From Chiloscyllium plagiosum (lineage: Eukaryota): a stretch of DNA of 51,025 nt. The stretch spans positions 69,851,402 through 69,902,426 of the forward strand of contig NC_057718.1 of assembly GCF_004010195.1 (NCBI RefSeq), written 5' to 3'. The notes beneath the pieces were generated by a model that made no database searches, was not told the DNA's origin, and saw only the letters and a list, made by a program, of their open reading frames with translations. Both the position numbers and the translations under genes were made by a program. Of this stretch, positions 12,235 through 24,499 are shown in pieces; positions within the stretch are counted from its first letter, which is position 1; the number at the start of each line of letters is the position of its first letter.

Positions 12235-12799
12235 GAAATTTAACTTTCCCTTTCAGCAATTTTCTGCGTAACTTAGTTTACATTTTACAGATTCAGCTCA
12301 GGCCTTGCAGTCTTGTTCAACAGGATCTGTGGATGTGTCATGTCTACCTGTGAGCTGCTTACTCCTGGAATCGTACAGAATGCAAGCCAGTATTACTCAT
12401 AGATAGATCCTCAGTTAGCCAGGTATGGTCCACAGTGTAGGCCCTTCCTTGTATGAATTTGTATTAAGCTTAAAGTAGTGAGAAAGGCCATTCTACCCAC
12501 CTGTATTCATGTTCTGTAAAAACCTCATTATTTGCTACTTTATACCATCTCATCAATATCTCCTAATCTTTTCTCCCACATATTTGCCTTGCTGCCTCTT
12601 AAATTCATCCTTTTTGGTTGCCTCAACCACAAGTCCTACATTCTAACCTGGACTCCAGACCCTACTCACAATATTCCAAGGGTCACTGCTGGGACTGCAG
12701 GCAAGAGTATGTACAGCAGGTGGCGTCACCGTGACATATCTAAAAATGGAGAGCTACATAAAAAGCATGTTTCAGAAAGTAATTCAGAGAGTGCAAGTA

Positions 12800-13300
12800 G
12801 AGAGAAAGTAGGTCACTGCCTGACAGTCAGGAGGAGCAGGGAGGTAGTGCAAGAATCTAAGTACATTCCACTCTCTAACATGTATTCAGTTCTGAATTGT
12901 GGTTAGGATAATGTTTCCCCTTTGGGGACTGCAGCCGGAGCCAAGTCCACAAGAATATGTGTAATTCAAATTTGCAAGGGTGAGAAGGAAAGTCAGAAAA
13001 ATTAGGTGATCTTGGATTCATTAGTGAAATAAGCAGCTATATGTGAGATCCCAGACAGGAATCCAGGACTGTATACTGACTCACTGAGCCCAGTGTCAAT
13101 GATGACATTAAATGGCTGCAGAGCTCTCTGACAGGGGGAGAGTGAACAGGCACAGACTGTTTTCAGTTGTTGGAAAATAACTATATCTTTGAAATATTAA
13201 GAATAGTACACCATTCAGATGAAACAGGTACAAAGAGAGATGATGTCTTGCAGATTGATTTTTGGAAGCTAGGAAAGAAATTAAGCCGAATCTCAATTTC
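12800..13300 (+). mobile_element. CR1 ORF1 remnant
   Basis: IPLSNMYSVL, a DSLV (GDSIV-like) block and LQIDFWKLGKKL resemble CR1 ORF1 esterase. Confidence 0.65.
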
Positions 13301-13779
13301 AGTTATTGTAAAGTTGCATGCCAGCATCTTACACATGTTGGTTTCTGCTGGAACCAACTAGATTGCCTTAAATAGATTTGCCGCCACCAACCCTTCTTTC
13401 TGGTGTCAGTCTAAGCTACTTATACCATATGGGAAAAGATGAACTCTTCAGCAAAAGAGAGCCACAATCTTGTACAACAGCAATAATCTTTGTGAATACT
13501 TCTTGTGGCACATGGAGGGTTTTTTAAGGATAACAGGAGCAGTTTTTTGGGAAATGGTTACACCTCATCAGGGCTTGGGCCACTTTGTTATGGGGAGTGT
13601 TGTTAATGATATTGGTCTGGGTTGCAACTAGTTTTACAGGAGGATACTGGAACTGAACACAGATTTATAAGCAAGAGAAGTCAAGCTGGAAATTGAAGGC
13701 AGAAAATTAGTAAGCAAGTGTGGAACATAAATGAAACAACCCTATAAAATGAACAAACACATCTGGTACAAACATGAAG

Positions 13780-13870
13780 AATGCTGGAGAAGCACTGTAG
13801 ATCTGGCAGCATCTGGAGACAGGGAAACAGAGTTAACATTTTGAATCAAGTGTGACTCTTCTTTAGAACT
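13780..13870 (-). mobile_element. Degenerate Penelope-related short element
   Basis: GCTGGAGAAGCAC...GGCAGCATCTG motif; minus strand CTAAAGAAGAGTC...GATTCAAAATGTT is a decayed hammerhead-like core. Confidence 0.5.
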
Positions 13871-13999
13871 TTCCTTTAGAAAAAGAGAGTTTGGTCTCTA
13901 TTTGATTAAAGAATTAATCAATACAGTGAGAAAATATGATAGTCGGTAAAGATCTCCAGAAGAGCCTAAATGAGAACTGAGAAACAAACTGAGATCACT

Positions 14000-14800
14000 G
14001 CAGCACACAACAGACACCCAAACACTCAGAGAGAGTTAATAAAGCAAATATGTAGGACAATCTCAGATAACAGTAAAATATTAATATCAACACAAATGCT
14101 ATTAACTCGAGTAGAATTATTACAGCTAAATATATAGAGTTCTACCATTTAAAAAAAAGCATTCTAGCCAGTTTGTAGTAAGCCCAGCACAAGAACGGAT
14201 GGCTTTAGTAAATTAAGGTCGATAGGTAAAATTTGCATCCGTTGGATTTGGTGATCATAATTTAGTAAGTTTTACAACAATTAAGAAGGAGAACAAAGAA
14301 AACAGGAAATAGAAGTTCCCATCTGGGAAGTGGCCAGTTCTTTAAAGCTAAAATGTGACTTAGCAATTGTGAGCTAGGAGCAGCTGCATGAACGGATAAT
14401 ATTGTCAGAGGGAAGAGTGTGGGTTCAGAATAAAAATATTCCAATAAAGAAAAAAGAGTGGACACTTAAATCTAGACTCTCCTGTATGTCAAAGAACACA
14501 CAGGGTAGGATAATGTAAAAGAGGGAAGCAATTTCTGATACTGAGAGCTTAATACAATAGAAAGACGAGAGGAATATAAAATTTTCAGGGGTGATATATT
14601 AAGGAAAGAAAAGAGAGGACACAACAGGCAATATGTATAATTGCTGTTTCGGGTGCCAGGGTTCTCCACCTCCTGATTCTGCCTGACTTGCTCTGTTCTT
14701 CCAGTCTCCTGCTTGTCTGCCTTGGATTCCAACATCTGCAGTTTTTTTTGTCTCTAAATATGTGTAATTGAGCAAAAATCCCCAGCATCTAAAATACTGG
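14000..14800 (+). mobile_element. Very old CR1 endonuclease/linker remnant
   Basis: SQFVVSPAQE...ASVGFGDHNLVSF and VPIWEVASSLKLKCDLAIVS align by eye with CR1 QYVxSPTR...SDHN...W.KA.F..LR.DL. Confidence 0.6.
14644..14756 (+). mobile_element. Penelope-related short insertion with 14-bp TSD
   Basis: AATATGTATAATTG (14630-14643) and AATATGTGTAATTG (14757-14770); related to 49430-49622. Confidence 0.7.
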
Positions 14801-14829
14801 ATAAGATCCTGGACTTTTTTAACATACAA

Positions 14830-16198
14830 TACTAAACAAAAGCCTGAGCTCAAGCTGCAACAAATACGCACAGAACCAGTATGATTTCAATCTGGGACTA
14901 TTGTTCAGCCTGGAATTCCAAATTACACCTCCATTCAAAGAGAACAATCAAGCAATCCTAACACGCTGGATCGGAACTAACTGTTACACCTCGGGCTACC
15001 CAGCACAGACAGAATGGGGCCCACACAGCTACCAAATGTTTAATTCCAATCAAAATCCATTCACAGAGATACCGGACATTCAACAATATCAATCAAAATA
15101 CATTCTCACATACTCTTAGCTATCAGGAAGCCAATTGACCTCAAAGGGAACACCAGAAACACAATGGAAAGCACTGATTTGATACAAAGATAATGGGCCC
15201 ATAATCAGTATAATTGCAGGTCCTGACCTCACCTGAATAAGGTGTTCCCCCAGCAGCTTTCCCCAGCAGTGATCCCCAGAAGAAGAATTCCAAAAATTAA
15301 TTCCAATGTCTATTTCCAAGAGCTAGCTCCAGAAGAGGTATCCCAACAGCAATTCCGAAAACTACTGACACAGGCCTATTCTGAACCAGGAGAATGAATG
15401 GCAACCGACCAGCAGATCTCACGACTGGCAACCTACGAAAACTATTGACCCAACTGATACCACAAGGCCTCAGACACATTCTGAGGCCTGCAAAACCACC
15501 AGAAAGTAAGGAAATTCAAATACTCACCCGGTAGATTCAATACGCATTCAAGAAGGGCTTATGCCCGAAACGTCGATTCTCCTGTTCCCTGGATGCTGCC
15601 TGACCTGCTGCGCTTTTCCAGCAACACATTTCCAGCTCAGCGGACTCAACCCCAGATAAAGGCCTATGTAGTCTGAAGTCTTTGTTCAGGCACTGGGTAT
15701 GACAAGCTGTACTTCAAAACTACATTCTCCGCAGTGGTGAGCTTAAAGTCCCAAGATCCCAAAGATTCTGACCTGGCTAGCAGGGAGGGGAAGGCGAGTG
15801 GTGAGAGTGCAGGGAATCTCAAGAATAGGAAGCCTGATTGAGACTGTTGTTTAGGTTCTAAAAGTGTTTCATCTGTGTTTAATTTAATAGTGTATTTCAT
15901 CACTGTCCTCTGAATAATTGATGGTGTCAATTCCACTGTTTATTCCATTTACCTTTATTTCTTGTATTATACTTATCTTTTGTATTTAAATAAAAGCAAA
16001 GACTCTTTTGCCCTGAAGCACATGTCTGCTGCCTTCTTCATTTCACATTCCCTAAATAAGTACAGGAATTTGGCGGTGATTTAAGCTACCTAAAAATCAG
16101 CAAATTACTATTCGCAAACCAGAACCCTTTAGACTAAAGGAATATAAAAATTGCAGAGGTGCTGTTATATTAAGTAAACAAAAAAAGAGGCCATAACA
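14830..16198 (+). mobile_element. Probable long LTR remnant
   Basis: AATAAA near 15989 and terminal CATAACA at 16198, an arrangement like the solo LTR at 9525-10342; 5' boundary not identified. Confidence 0.35.
15548..15638 (+). mobile_element. Penelope-related short element truncated within the hammerhead core
   Basis: AAGAAGGGCTTATGCCCGAAACGTCGATTCTCCTGTTCCCTGGATGCTGCC, near-identical to 2927-2988. Confidence 0.85.
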
Positions 16199-16865
16199 GG
16201 CAAAAGTCAGTGAGTGATGTACTAGAGGGGAACTGTTGTCTGCAGTATCATATTCAGCAAATTGCTAGCACACAGGGAAATGAAGGAGAAAAAAATAATT
16301 ATGGAAAAATATATGGTAAACATTATTCATCTCAAACCAAATATGTTTTTGATTGCTTTGTTGGTAATTCAGATCTCCCAAGTGATCACTTATCGTGCAG
16401 GCTACACAGGCAGATTTATGGGCATATGATGGGTCAACTGTAACAGTTTTGGAAAATATTAGTAAAGGCCAATTTTTATAAGTTATACTAAACAGCCCGC
16501 ATTCCTACCTTTGTATTCTCCAAATGTTGCCATGGTCTAACGTACACATTGCCACCTTTTGGGAAATCAAATTAGATTTTTAGGCAATTCTACTAAAATA
16601 ACAACAAATGTCATACATTCAGCCAGTTTCTGGATGTACAACCCAAAGCAGAATGGTTGAATGACATAATACTTAAGAAATGCAATAGGATAGATCAGAA
16701 ATTAAAATTATATATTGGTGGAGGGCCAATATGAGTGAAAAGGGACAAACACAAGCACAACAGACACAAATCGATGTGTGTGTTAAGTTGTAAAATTCTC
16801 AAAATGCAGTTATTAACATATCTTAATCTTCTGATTCATTAGTTAGCAGTTAACAAAATTCTACC

Positions 16866-17258
16866 AGATGTGGAGTCCTTGGAGAGGGTGCAGAAGAGGT
16901 TTACTAGGATGCTGCTTGGATTAGAGGGTATGAGCTATAAGGAGAGGCGAGAAAAACTTATGAGGTGCATAGATAGGGTTGACAATCAGAAAGGTGAGAG
17001 GGGAAACATTCAAAGGGACAATCTTTTAACACAGAGAGTGGTAGGAGTTTAGAATGCACTGTCGGGGGTGGTTATGAAGCAGATACAATAGGGGCATTTA
17101 AATGACTTTTAAATAAACACATGAATATGCAAGTTATGGGGGGATATGGGCCAAGGACAGGCAGAGGGATTAGTTTAATTTGGTGTCATGTTTGGCACAA
17201 CATCATGGGCTAAAGGGCCCATTCCTGCGCTATGTTGTTCTATGTTTTATGTTCTATA
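16866..17258 (+). mobile_element. CR1 3' fragment with tail
   Basis: ESLERVQKRFTRML, TQRVVG; tail TGTTCTATGTTTTATGTTCTA. Confidence 0.88.
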
Positions 17259-17444
17259 ATGAATTTGCCCAAGAGTACAGGGAGCAAGAGTTACGTTTGT
17301 GCAGAAAAGAAGCATGAGAGTGGTGGTCCACTTTTGTATGATAGCCTAGAAAATTCTTCATCTTCAGCTGCAGTTCTAGAAACAGTGTCAGATTTGAAAA
17401 TTGGCAATCCTAAAGTTCCTCATCTCATCACTTTCTCTAGAATG

Positions 17445-17822
17445 CTTGGTGACAGCTCCAGATGCAGTCCCGGGAGTTTTGACTTTTAATCTTACAGAAA
17501 AAAGTGGCAATCTCTGAAGAAATTTTCATGAATTTTTCACAGTTCTTGAACGAGTCCTATGAAGGAGTGAATCCTTACTTTGTATTCTTTCCGGTATATC
17601 ATTCACCTGTTCCTCCTGGAATTGAAAGTCTGCCACAGGAATCTCACAATGTTGCTCTCCTGGCATTGTAGATGGAAATGTGTTGCTGGAAAAGCGCAGC
17701 AGGTCAGGCAGCATCTAGGGAACAGGAGAATCCTGGCATTGTAGGCAACTGTTAGTATTCCTCAGCTCTTCTCTGCTGGCATAACTTCACCATTCAGTAT
17801 TCTTTTATTGTAAGCTCTTCAA
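17445..17822 (-). pseudogene. Candidate decayed Ig-domain-like exon
   Basis: Acceptor-like TCTCTTTCACTGTATCTTCAG; EELTIKEY*MVKLC; EIATFFC (17494-17514, other frame); stops and a TE insertion. Confidence 0.3.
17672..17730 (-). mobile_element. 59-bp Penelope-related insertion with perfect 14-bp TSD
   Basis: TCCTGGCATTGTAG at 17658-17671 and 17731-17744; insert matches 2595-2649. Confidence 0.9.
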
Positions 17823-19779
17823 CTGAAGATACAGTGAAAGAGATCAAAATGGCCCATGTCCTGTCAAAGGAAAATGGTACTCATTCATATACAGCATGGT
17901 GTACAGCACGGAAACAGATGTCTCGGTCCAAATGGTCTATGCCAAGCAGATATCCTAAATTAATCTAGTCCTAATTATCAGTAATTGGCCCATATCCCCT
18001 AAACCCTTTCTATTCATATACCCATCCAGATGCCTTTTAAATGCTGTAATTGTAAAAACCTCCACCGCTTCTTCTGGCAGCTCATTCCATACATGCACCA
18101 CCCTCTGTATGAAAAAGTTTCCCCTTAGGTCCATTTTAAATTATTCCCCTCTCACCCTAATCCTATGCCCTCTAGTTCTGGACTCCCCCACCCCAGGGAA
18201 AAGACCTTGTCTATTTACCCTATCTATGCCCCTCACAGTTTTATAAACCTCTATAACATCATCCCTCAGCCTCCAGGAAAAAGAGAGCCTATTCAGCCTC
18301 TTCCTATAAATCAACTCTCCAACCCTGGCAACATCCTTGTAAATCTTTTCTGAACTCATTCAGGTTTCACAACATCCTTCCTTTGGAAGGGAGACCAGAA
18401 TTGTATACAATATTCTAAAAGTGGTCTAACCAATGTCCTGAGCAGCCACAACATGACCTCCCAACTCCTATACTCGATGCTCTGACCAATAAACAAAAGC
18501 ATTCCAAACGCTTTCTTCACTGTCCTTTCTACCTGCTTCTCCACTTTCAAGGAGAAATGAACTTGCACTCCAAGGTCTCTTATTTTAGTAACACTCCCCA
18601 GGACTTTACCATAAGTGTTTAAGTCATGCCTTGATTTGCCTTTCCAAAAATGCAGCCCCTCACATTTATCTAAATTAACCACTATCTGCCTTTCTTTGGA
18701 CATTGGTCCATCTGAGGTACTCTGAGGTAAACTTCTTCGCTGTCCATTTTGATGTCACCTGCGAACTTACTAACTATACCTCACATGCTCATATCCAAAA
18801 AAGCAGTGGTCACAGGCCTCCTGTCTAAAAGGCAACCCTTCCACCACCACCCTCTGTCTTCTACCTTCGAGCCAGTTCTGTATCCAATTAGCTAGTTCTC
18901 ACTCTAGTCCATGTGACCTAATCTTGCTAATCAGTCTACCATGAGGAACCGTGTCGAACTCCTTACTGAAGTCCATGTAGATCATATCTACTGCTCTGCC
19001 CTCATCAATCCTCTTTGTTATTTCTTCAGAAAACTCAATCAAGTTAGTGAGACATGATTTCCCACAGACAAGGCCACGTTGATGATGCCTAATCAGTCCT
19101 TGCCTTTCCAAATACATATAAATCCTGCCCCTCAGGATTCCCTCCAACAAATTACTTATCACCGTTGTCAGGCTCACCGGTCTATAGATTCCTGGCTTTT
19201 CCTTACCACCTTTCTTAAATGGTGGCACCACGTTAGTGAACCTCCAGTCTTCCGGCACCTCACCTATGACTATCGATGATACAAATATCTCAGCAAAGGG
19301 CCCAGCAATCACTTCCCTAGCTTCCCACAGAGTTCTAGGGTACACCTGATCAGGTCCTGGGGATTTATCCATTTTTATACATTTCAGGACATTCAGCACT
19401 TCCTCCTATGGACATTTTTCAAGATTCATCATCTATTTCCCCACATGCTATACCTTCCATGTCCTTCTCCACAGTAAACACTGATTCAAAATACTCCTTT
19501 AGCTCCACATATACTCCTGCAGCTCCACGTATAGGTTGCCTTGCTGATTTTTGAGGGGCCCTATTCTCTCCCTAGTTACCCTTTTGTCCTTAATGTATTT
19601 ATAAAATCCCTTTGGATTCACCTTAACCCCTATTTGCCAAAGTTATCTCATGTCTCGTTTTTGCTCTCCTGATTTCCCTCTTAAGTATACTCTTTTAAGG
19701 ATTCACTCAATCTCTGCTGTCTATACCTGACAAATGCTTTCTTCTTTCTCTTGACCAAGACCTCAATTTCTCTAGTCTA

Positions 19780-20122
19780 TAGAAGTCTATAGAATTCTAC
19801 AGTGTGGAAACAGGCCATTTGGCCCAACAAGTCCACACCGATACTCCAAAGAGTATCCCAGCCAGACCCATTCCCCTATTATTCTACACTTCCCATGACT
19901 AATATATCTAACCTACACATCCCTGAACACCATGGACAATTTAGCTTGGCCAATTCACCTCACCTGCACATCTTTGGACTGTGGGAGGAAACTGGAGGAA
20001 ACCCACACAGACATGTGGAGAATGTGCAAACTCCACATAGACAGTCACCCAAGGCTGGATTCGAACTGAGGTCTCTGGTGCTGTGAGGCAGCAGTGCTAA
20101 CCACTGAGCCACAGGGACGCCC
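19780..20122 (-). mobile_element. tRNA-derived SINE (HE1-like)
   Basis: Reverse complement of the 5871-6179 family; CCACTGAGCCA (A box) at about 20101. Confidence 0.9.
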
Positions 20123-20645
20123 GCATTCCACCATGCCACCTACATTCAGCATTCCCTACATGTACCAGCATTGCCTTTCACCGTAACAGGAACATGCTGT
20201 CTCTGGACTCTTGTTAACTAATTTTGAAAGGCTTCCCATTTGCCCTTTACCTGATAAACATCCACGCTCAATCAACCTTTGTACACACCTATAAAATTCC
20301 CCTTCACCTAAACCCTTAACAATATGGCAGTCCCAGTCTATGTTTGGAAAGTTAAAATCCCTACCATTACCACCCTATTATTCTTACAGATAACTGAAAT
20401 CGCCTTACAAATTTGTTTCTCAATTTCCCACTGACTACTGGTGTCTATTGTATGATCCCAATAAGGTGATCATCCTTTCTTATCTCTCAGTTACACCCAA
20501 ATAAGTTCCCTGGATGTATTCCCTCCTTAAATACAGCTGTAATATTATCCCTTATCAAAAACTCCAGTCCCCTTCCTCTTTTGCCCCCTCTTTCTAACCT
20601 TCATATCCTGAAACATTAAGCTGCCAGTCCTGTCCATCCTATTTA

Positions 20646-20926
20646 CATTATTAGATTCCCTACAGTGTGGGAACAGGCCCTTCAGCCCAACCAGTCCACA
20701 CCGACCCTCCGAAGAGCAACACCCCCCCTCTGACTAATGCACTGAATACTATGGGCAGTTTACCATGACCAATTCACCTGAGCTGCACATCTTGGGACTG
20801 TGGGAGGAAACCCACGCAGACACAGGGAGAATGTGCAAACTCCACACAGGCAGTTGCCCAAGGAATCAAACCTGGGACCCTGGTGCTGTGAGGCAGCAGT
20901 GCTAATCACTGAGCCACCATGTCACC
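20646..20926 (-). mobile_element. tRNA-derived SINE (HE1-like)
   Basis: Same family, reverse orientation; TTAGATTCCCTACAGTGTGG tail end. Confidence 0.9.
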
Positions 20927-21137
20927 TGAGCCATGTTTCTGTGATTGCTATGATATTCCTAGTCTCATGTTCCTAACCATGCCCTGAGTTCATTTGCCTT
21001 CCCTGTTAGGCCTCTTGCATTGAAATAAATGCAGTTTATTTTATCAGTCCTATCTTGTTCTCTGTTTTGTTCTTGCCTGTCCTGGCTGTTTGACTTGCTC
21101 CTTTTCCCAACTGTACCAATCTCAGATTGATCTCTTT

Positions 21138-21862
21138 NNNNNNNNNNNNNNNNNNNNNNNNNNNNNNNNNNNNNNNNNNNNNNNNNNNNNNNNNNNNNNN
21201 NNNNNNNNNNNNNNNNNNNNNNNNNNNNNNNNNNNNNNNNNNNNNNNNNNNNNNNNNNNNNNNNNNNNNNNNNNNNNNNNNNNNNNNNNNNNNNNNNNNN
21301 NNNNNNNNNNNNNNNNNNNNNNNNNNNNNNNNNNNNNNNNNNNNNNNNNNNNNNNNNNNNNNNNNNNNNNNNNNNNNNNNNNNNNNNNNNNNNNNNNNNN
21401 NNNNNNNNNNNNNNNNNNNNNNNNNNNNNNNNNNNNNNNNNNNNNNNNNNNNNNNNNNNNNNNNNNNNNNNNNNNNNNNNNNNNNNNNNNNNNNNNNNNN
21501 NNNNNNNNNNNNNNNNNNNNNNNNNNNNNNNNNNNNNNNNNNNNNNNNNNNNNNNNNNNNNNNNNNNNNNNNNNNNNNNNNNNNNNNNNNNNNNNNNNNN
21601 NNNNNNNNNNNNNNNNNNNNNNNNNNNNNNNNNNNNNNNNNNNNNNNNNNNNNNNNNNNNNNNNNNNNNNNNNNNNNNNNNNNNNNNNNNNNNNNNNNNN
21701 NNNNNNNNNNNNNNNNNNNNNNNNNNNNNNNNNNNNNNNNNNNNNNNNNNNNNNNNNNNNNNNNNNNNNNNNNNNNNNNNNNNNNNNNNNNNNNNNNNNN
21801 NNNNNNNNNNNNNNNNNNNNNNNNNNNNNNNNNNNNNNNNNNNNNNNNNNNNNNNNNNNNNN
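21138..21862. other. Assembly gap
   Basis: Run of N. Confidence 1.
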
Positions 21863-21894
21863 TTTTCACATTCTTAATATGGACATAGTCTTGA

Positions 21895-22292
21895 TGTGCT
21901 TATGATCCTGGACTATTGGTCTGGGGGGAATTAATTTTATAGAAGTCTATAAAATTATGAAATGCATAGATAAGGTTGACGGTCAGAATGTTTTGCTCAG
22001 AGTTCAAATGTCTAATATTAGGCAGCATGCAAGTAAAGTGAGAGGGGACAAGTTCAAAGCTAAGGGACAAGTGTTTTACACAGAGAGTGGCAGGAATGTG
22101 GAACATGCTGTCAGTGGTGGTGGTGGAGGCAAAGACGATAGGGGTGTTTAAGAGACTTTAGATAACCACATGAAAATGCAAGGAATAGAGGGATATGGAC
22201 CCAGGGCAGGCAGAGAGGATTAGTTTAATTTGGCATCATATTTGGCACAACATCATGGGCCTATTCCTGTGCTGTCTTGTTCTATGTTCTAA
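21895..22292 (+). mobile_element. CR1 3' fragment with tail
   Basis: MKCIDKVDGQN...KVRGDKFK; 3' UTR like 17100-17258; TGTTCTATGTTCTA. Confidence 0.85.
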
Positions 22293-22425
22293 TCCCTTTA
22301 TACTGAAAGCTTAAATACTATTTGCAATTACTTGTTGCACTTGAATGTTGATATTCTGTGATTCATGTTCATGCACTCCCTGGTAACTGTGCATTGACTA
22401 CTGTCTCTGAACCACCCCCCTATAG

Positions 22426-22520
22426 GGAGATTTCTGTAGACTGACTGGAGCCTCTGAGCCCCTTTCCCTTGGAGATTTCTGTAGACTGACAGGTGCCTTT
22501 CAGATTCTCTCCCTCAGGGA
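22426..22520. repeat. Short degenerate tandem repeat
   Basis: GGAGATTTCTGTAGACTGAC at about 22426 and 22471 (about 45-bp period). Confidence 0.75.
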
Positions 22521-22533
22521 ACTATCTGTTCAT

Positions 22534-22750
22534 TTACTGATTTCTCTCAGGATTGGAAAGAGACAGCTCTTGTGTGTGAAATGATCTGAATGGTGAACCA
22601 ATCCTTGCTGGTTGTGATAAGTTTCTCCAATCCCTTAGTTCAATTCTATACTTCCAGTTCCAGCAAATAACCTCAGCTGTCCTCCAGATGATATGAGAGC
22701 ACGGTAAATATACCTCTTCATCAGCGATAATACTACTGTAATATAACAGA
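22534..22750 (-). pseudogene. Candidate Ig-V-like N-terminal half, exon-like
   Basis: YSSIIADEEVYLPCSHIIWRTAEVICWNWKY; Trp 13 and 15 residues after the LPC Cys. Confidence 0.3.
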
Positions 22751-23171
22751 CCCTCAAAGTGAATCCACATTATCAAGCTACTAAAGTGTGTCAATTCATT
22801 AAAGTGAGGACTCTGGGACTCTAATAGCCTCTGGTGATGTCCCTTTGTGCCAGTTGCTAGTCACCTGAATAGTAGTTCATCCGATTTTCCCTCTACCTAT
22901 CAGGGTGTAAAAGGGAGAGATGTGCTACCATTTCAAATGGCATCTTACTGATCCAAGATCTGTGTTAATCACATGGATTCCGACAACTTCACTGAGTGCA
23001 AGAAAGAACACAGATGACAACACGGATGATCTCAGTTACTTTTTATAGTCTGTTTTATCTCATGTTCCTTGTAACAGAGAGAGTAAGGTGGGATAAAAAA
23101 AAATTGTGCTCTGTTTCACAGTCCTCCCTCTAACACTTACTGATACATCCTGCATTTCTCAGTATTACTAT

Positions 23172-23540
23172 AACATTGATAACAAGCAACATGAATTCGA
23201 CTGGGACAACACTACTATCATAGGGCAAGCCAGACAGAGAACAGCCAGGGAATTCCTAGAGGCATGGCATTTCTCCACAAACTCCATCAACAAACACATT
23301 GACCTGGACCCAATATACCAACCACTACAGCGGACAGCTGAAACTGACAACCGGAAGCGACAGGGACAGACCACTATAAACACCGGAGGAAACATCAAAG
23401 AAGCGCTTCGCAGGAGGCTCCCAAGCACTGATGATGTCGCCTAGCCAGGGGACGAAACGGTTGCAACAAAAACTTCCAGCTCGGCGAACAGAACCACAAC
23501 AACGAGCACCCGAGCTACAAATCTTCGCACAAACTTTGAA
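23172..23540 (+). mobile_element. Penelope-like element 3' end (GIY-YIG C-terminus and terminal repeat)
   Basis: HEFDWDNTTIIGQARQRTAREFLEAWHFSTNSINKHIDLDPIY followed by a hammerhead-like motif. Confidence 0.88.
23425..23464 (+). ncRNA. Hammerhead ribozyme motif with mutated cleavage site
   Basis: GCA-CTGATGA-T-GTC...GAC-GAAAC-GGT-TGC; stem I GCA/TGC; conserved U16.1 replaced by G. Confidence 0.6.
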
Positions 23541-24215
23541 TTCACATGCACTTCTTATAACCTGGTCTATTGCATTCCTTGTTCCCGTTGTGGTCTCCTC
23601 TACATCGAAGAGACCAAGTGCAGATTCAGGGACTGATTCGTAGAGCATCTGCATGCTGTACACTCCAATCAATGCCACCTTCAGTTGCCAGCCTTTTAAC
23701 TCTCACTCCCTTGATGACATGTCCATCCTAGATCTCCTCCACTGTCAAAATGAAGCCATACTGAAAGAACAACACCTTATATTCCACCTCAGGAGCTTAC
23801 AGCCCAATAGCCTCAACATAGAGTTCACCAGCTTCAAAATCCCCCCACCCCAAACCTTATCTCATGTCCAGTCGTCCCTCTTCTCCCTGCCTTCTTGACC
23901 TGACCTAACCTGTCCATCTTCCTTCTCAACTATCCACTCCACTCTTGCCACTGACCAATCGTAATAACCCCCTACCCCCCTCATGATTTTATAAAATTCT
24001 TAAGGTCATCCCTCAACCTTCGAAGCTCCAGGGAAAACAGTCCCAGCCTAGTCAGCCTCTTCCCTAAAGCTCAAAATCTCCAACCCTGGCAATGCTCGTA
24101 AATCTTTTCTGAACCCCAACCCTGATGAAGGGTCCTGACCGAAAACATCGACTTTTCTGTTCCTCTGATGGTATCTGATCTTCTGTGCTTTTCAGCTCCA
24201 CAATTTATCGACTCT
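23541..24215 (+). mobile_element. Second Penelope-like element: GIY-YIG endonuclease and 3' region, interrupted by a CR1 fragment
   Basis: FTCTSYNLVYCIPCSRCGLLYIEETK...VEHL and EQHLIFHLRSLQPNSLNIEF; CTGATGAAGGGTCCTGACCGAAA at 24122-24144. Confidence 0.88.
23980..24115 (-). mobile_element. CR1 fragment
   Basis: CCCCTCATGATTTTATAAA...CAACCCTGGCAA...AATCTTTTCTGAAC matches 18230-18355. Confidence 0.8.
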
Positions 24216-24499
24216 CACCAGTATCTGATGTCTTGAGTGACATAGGGTACAGTGACATGTAGCAGAATCCAACAAGAGTTCTGACCAGACCCATTTCAAT
24301 GCCAAGATCTCCATGCTCCATCTTCTATGCTTTTCACAAACAGCCTGGTGACATTCTTGCTAGACTACGGTGAGATGCCAGATGACGAGGATTAATGCTT
24401 GTTATATGCTGTGCTAATGCCACCAATCCCCTCATTGACATTTAGTCTCCCGTTTATCAAACCTGCCAATTTTGGGAACACTCGACAAGGAAACAAGAG

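Larger units (their letters stand above)
17885..21137 (-). mobile_element. CR1 LINE (EN, RT, 3' end), decayed, with two SINE insertions
   Basis: DKSPGPDQVYPRTLWE, YRPVSLT, KSCLTNLIEF, YMDFSKEFDTVPH, LVRPLLEYCIQFWSP. Confidence 0.93.

Noticed and set aside
12291..12422. Plus-strand exon candidate (TTTTACAG ... CAG|GTATGG)
   Set aside because: All three frames contain stops and there are no supporting neighbours; could only be non-coding
14160..14640. Possible endogenous viral coding remnant
   Set aside because: Translation fits a decayed CR1 endonuclease/linker (SP..., DHN, W..A...DL)
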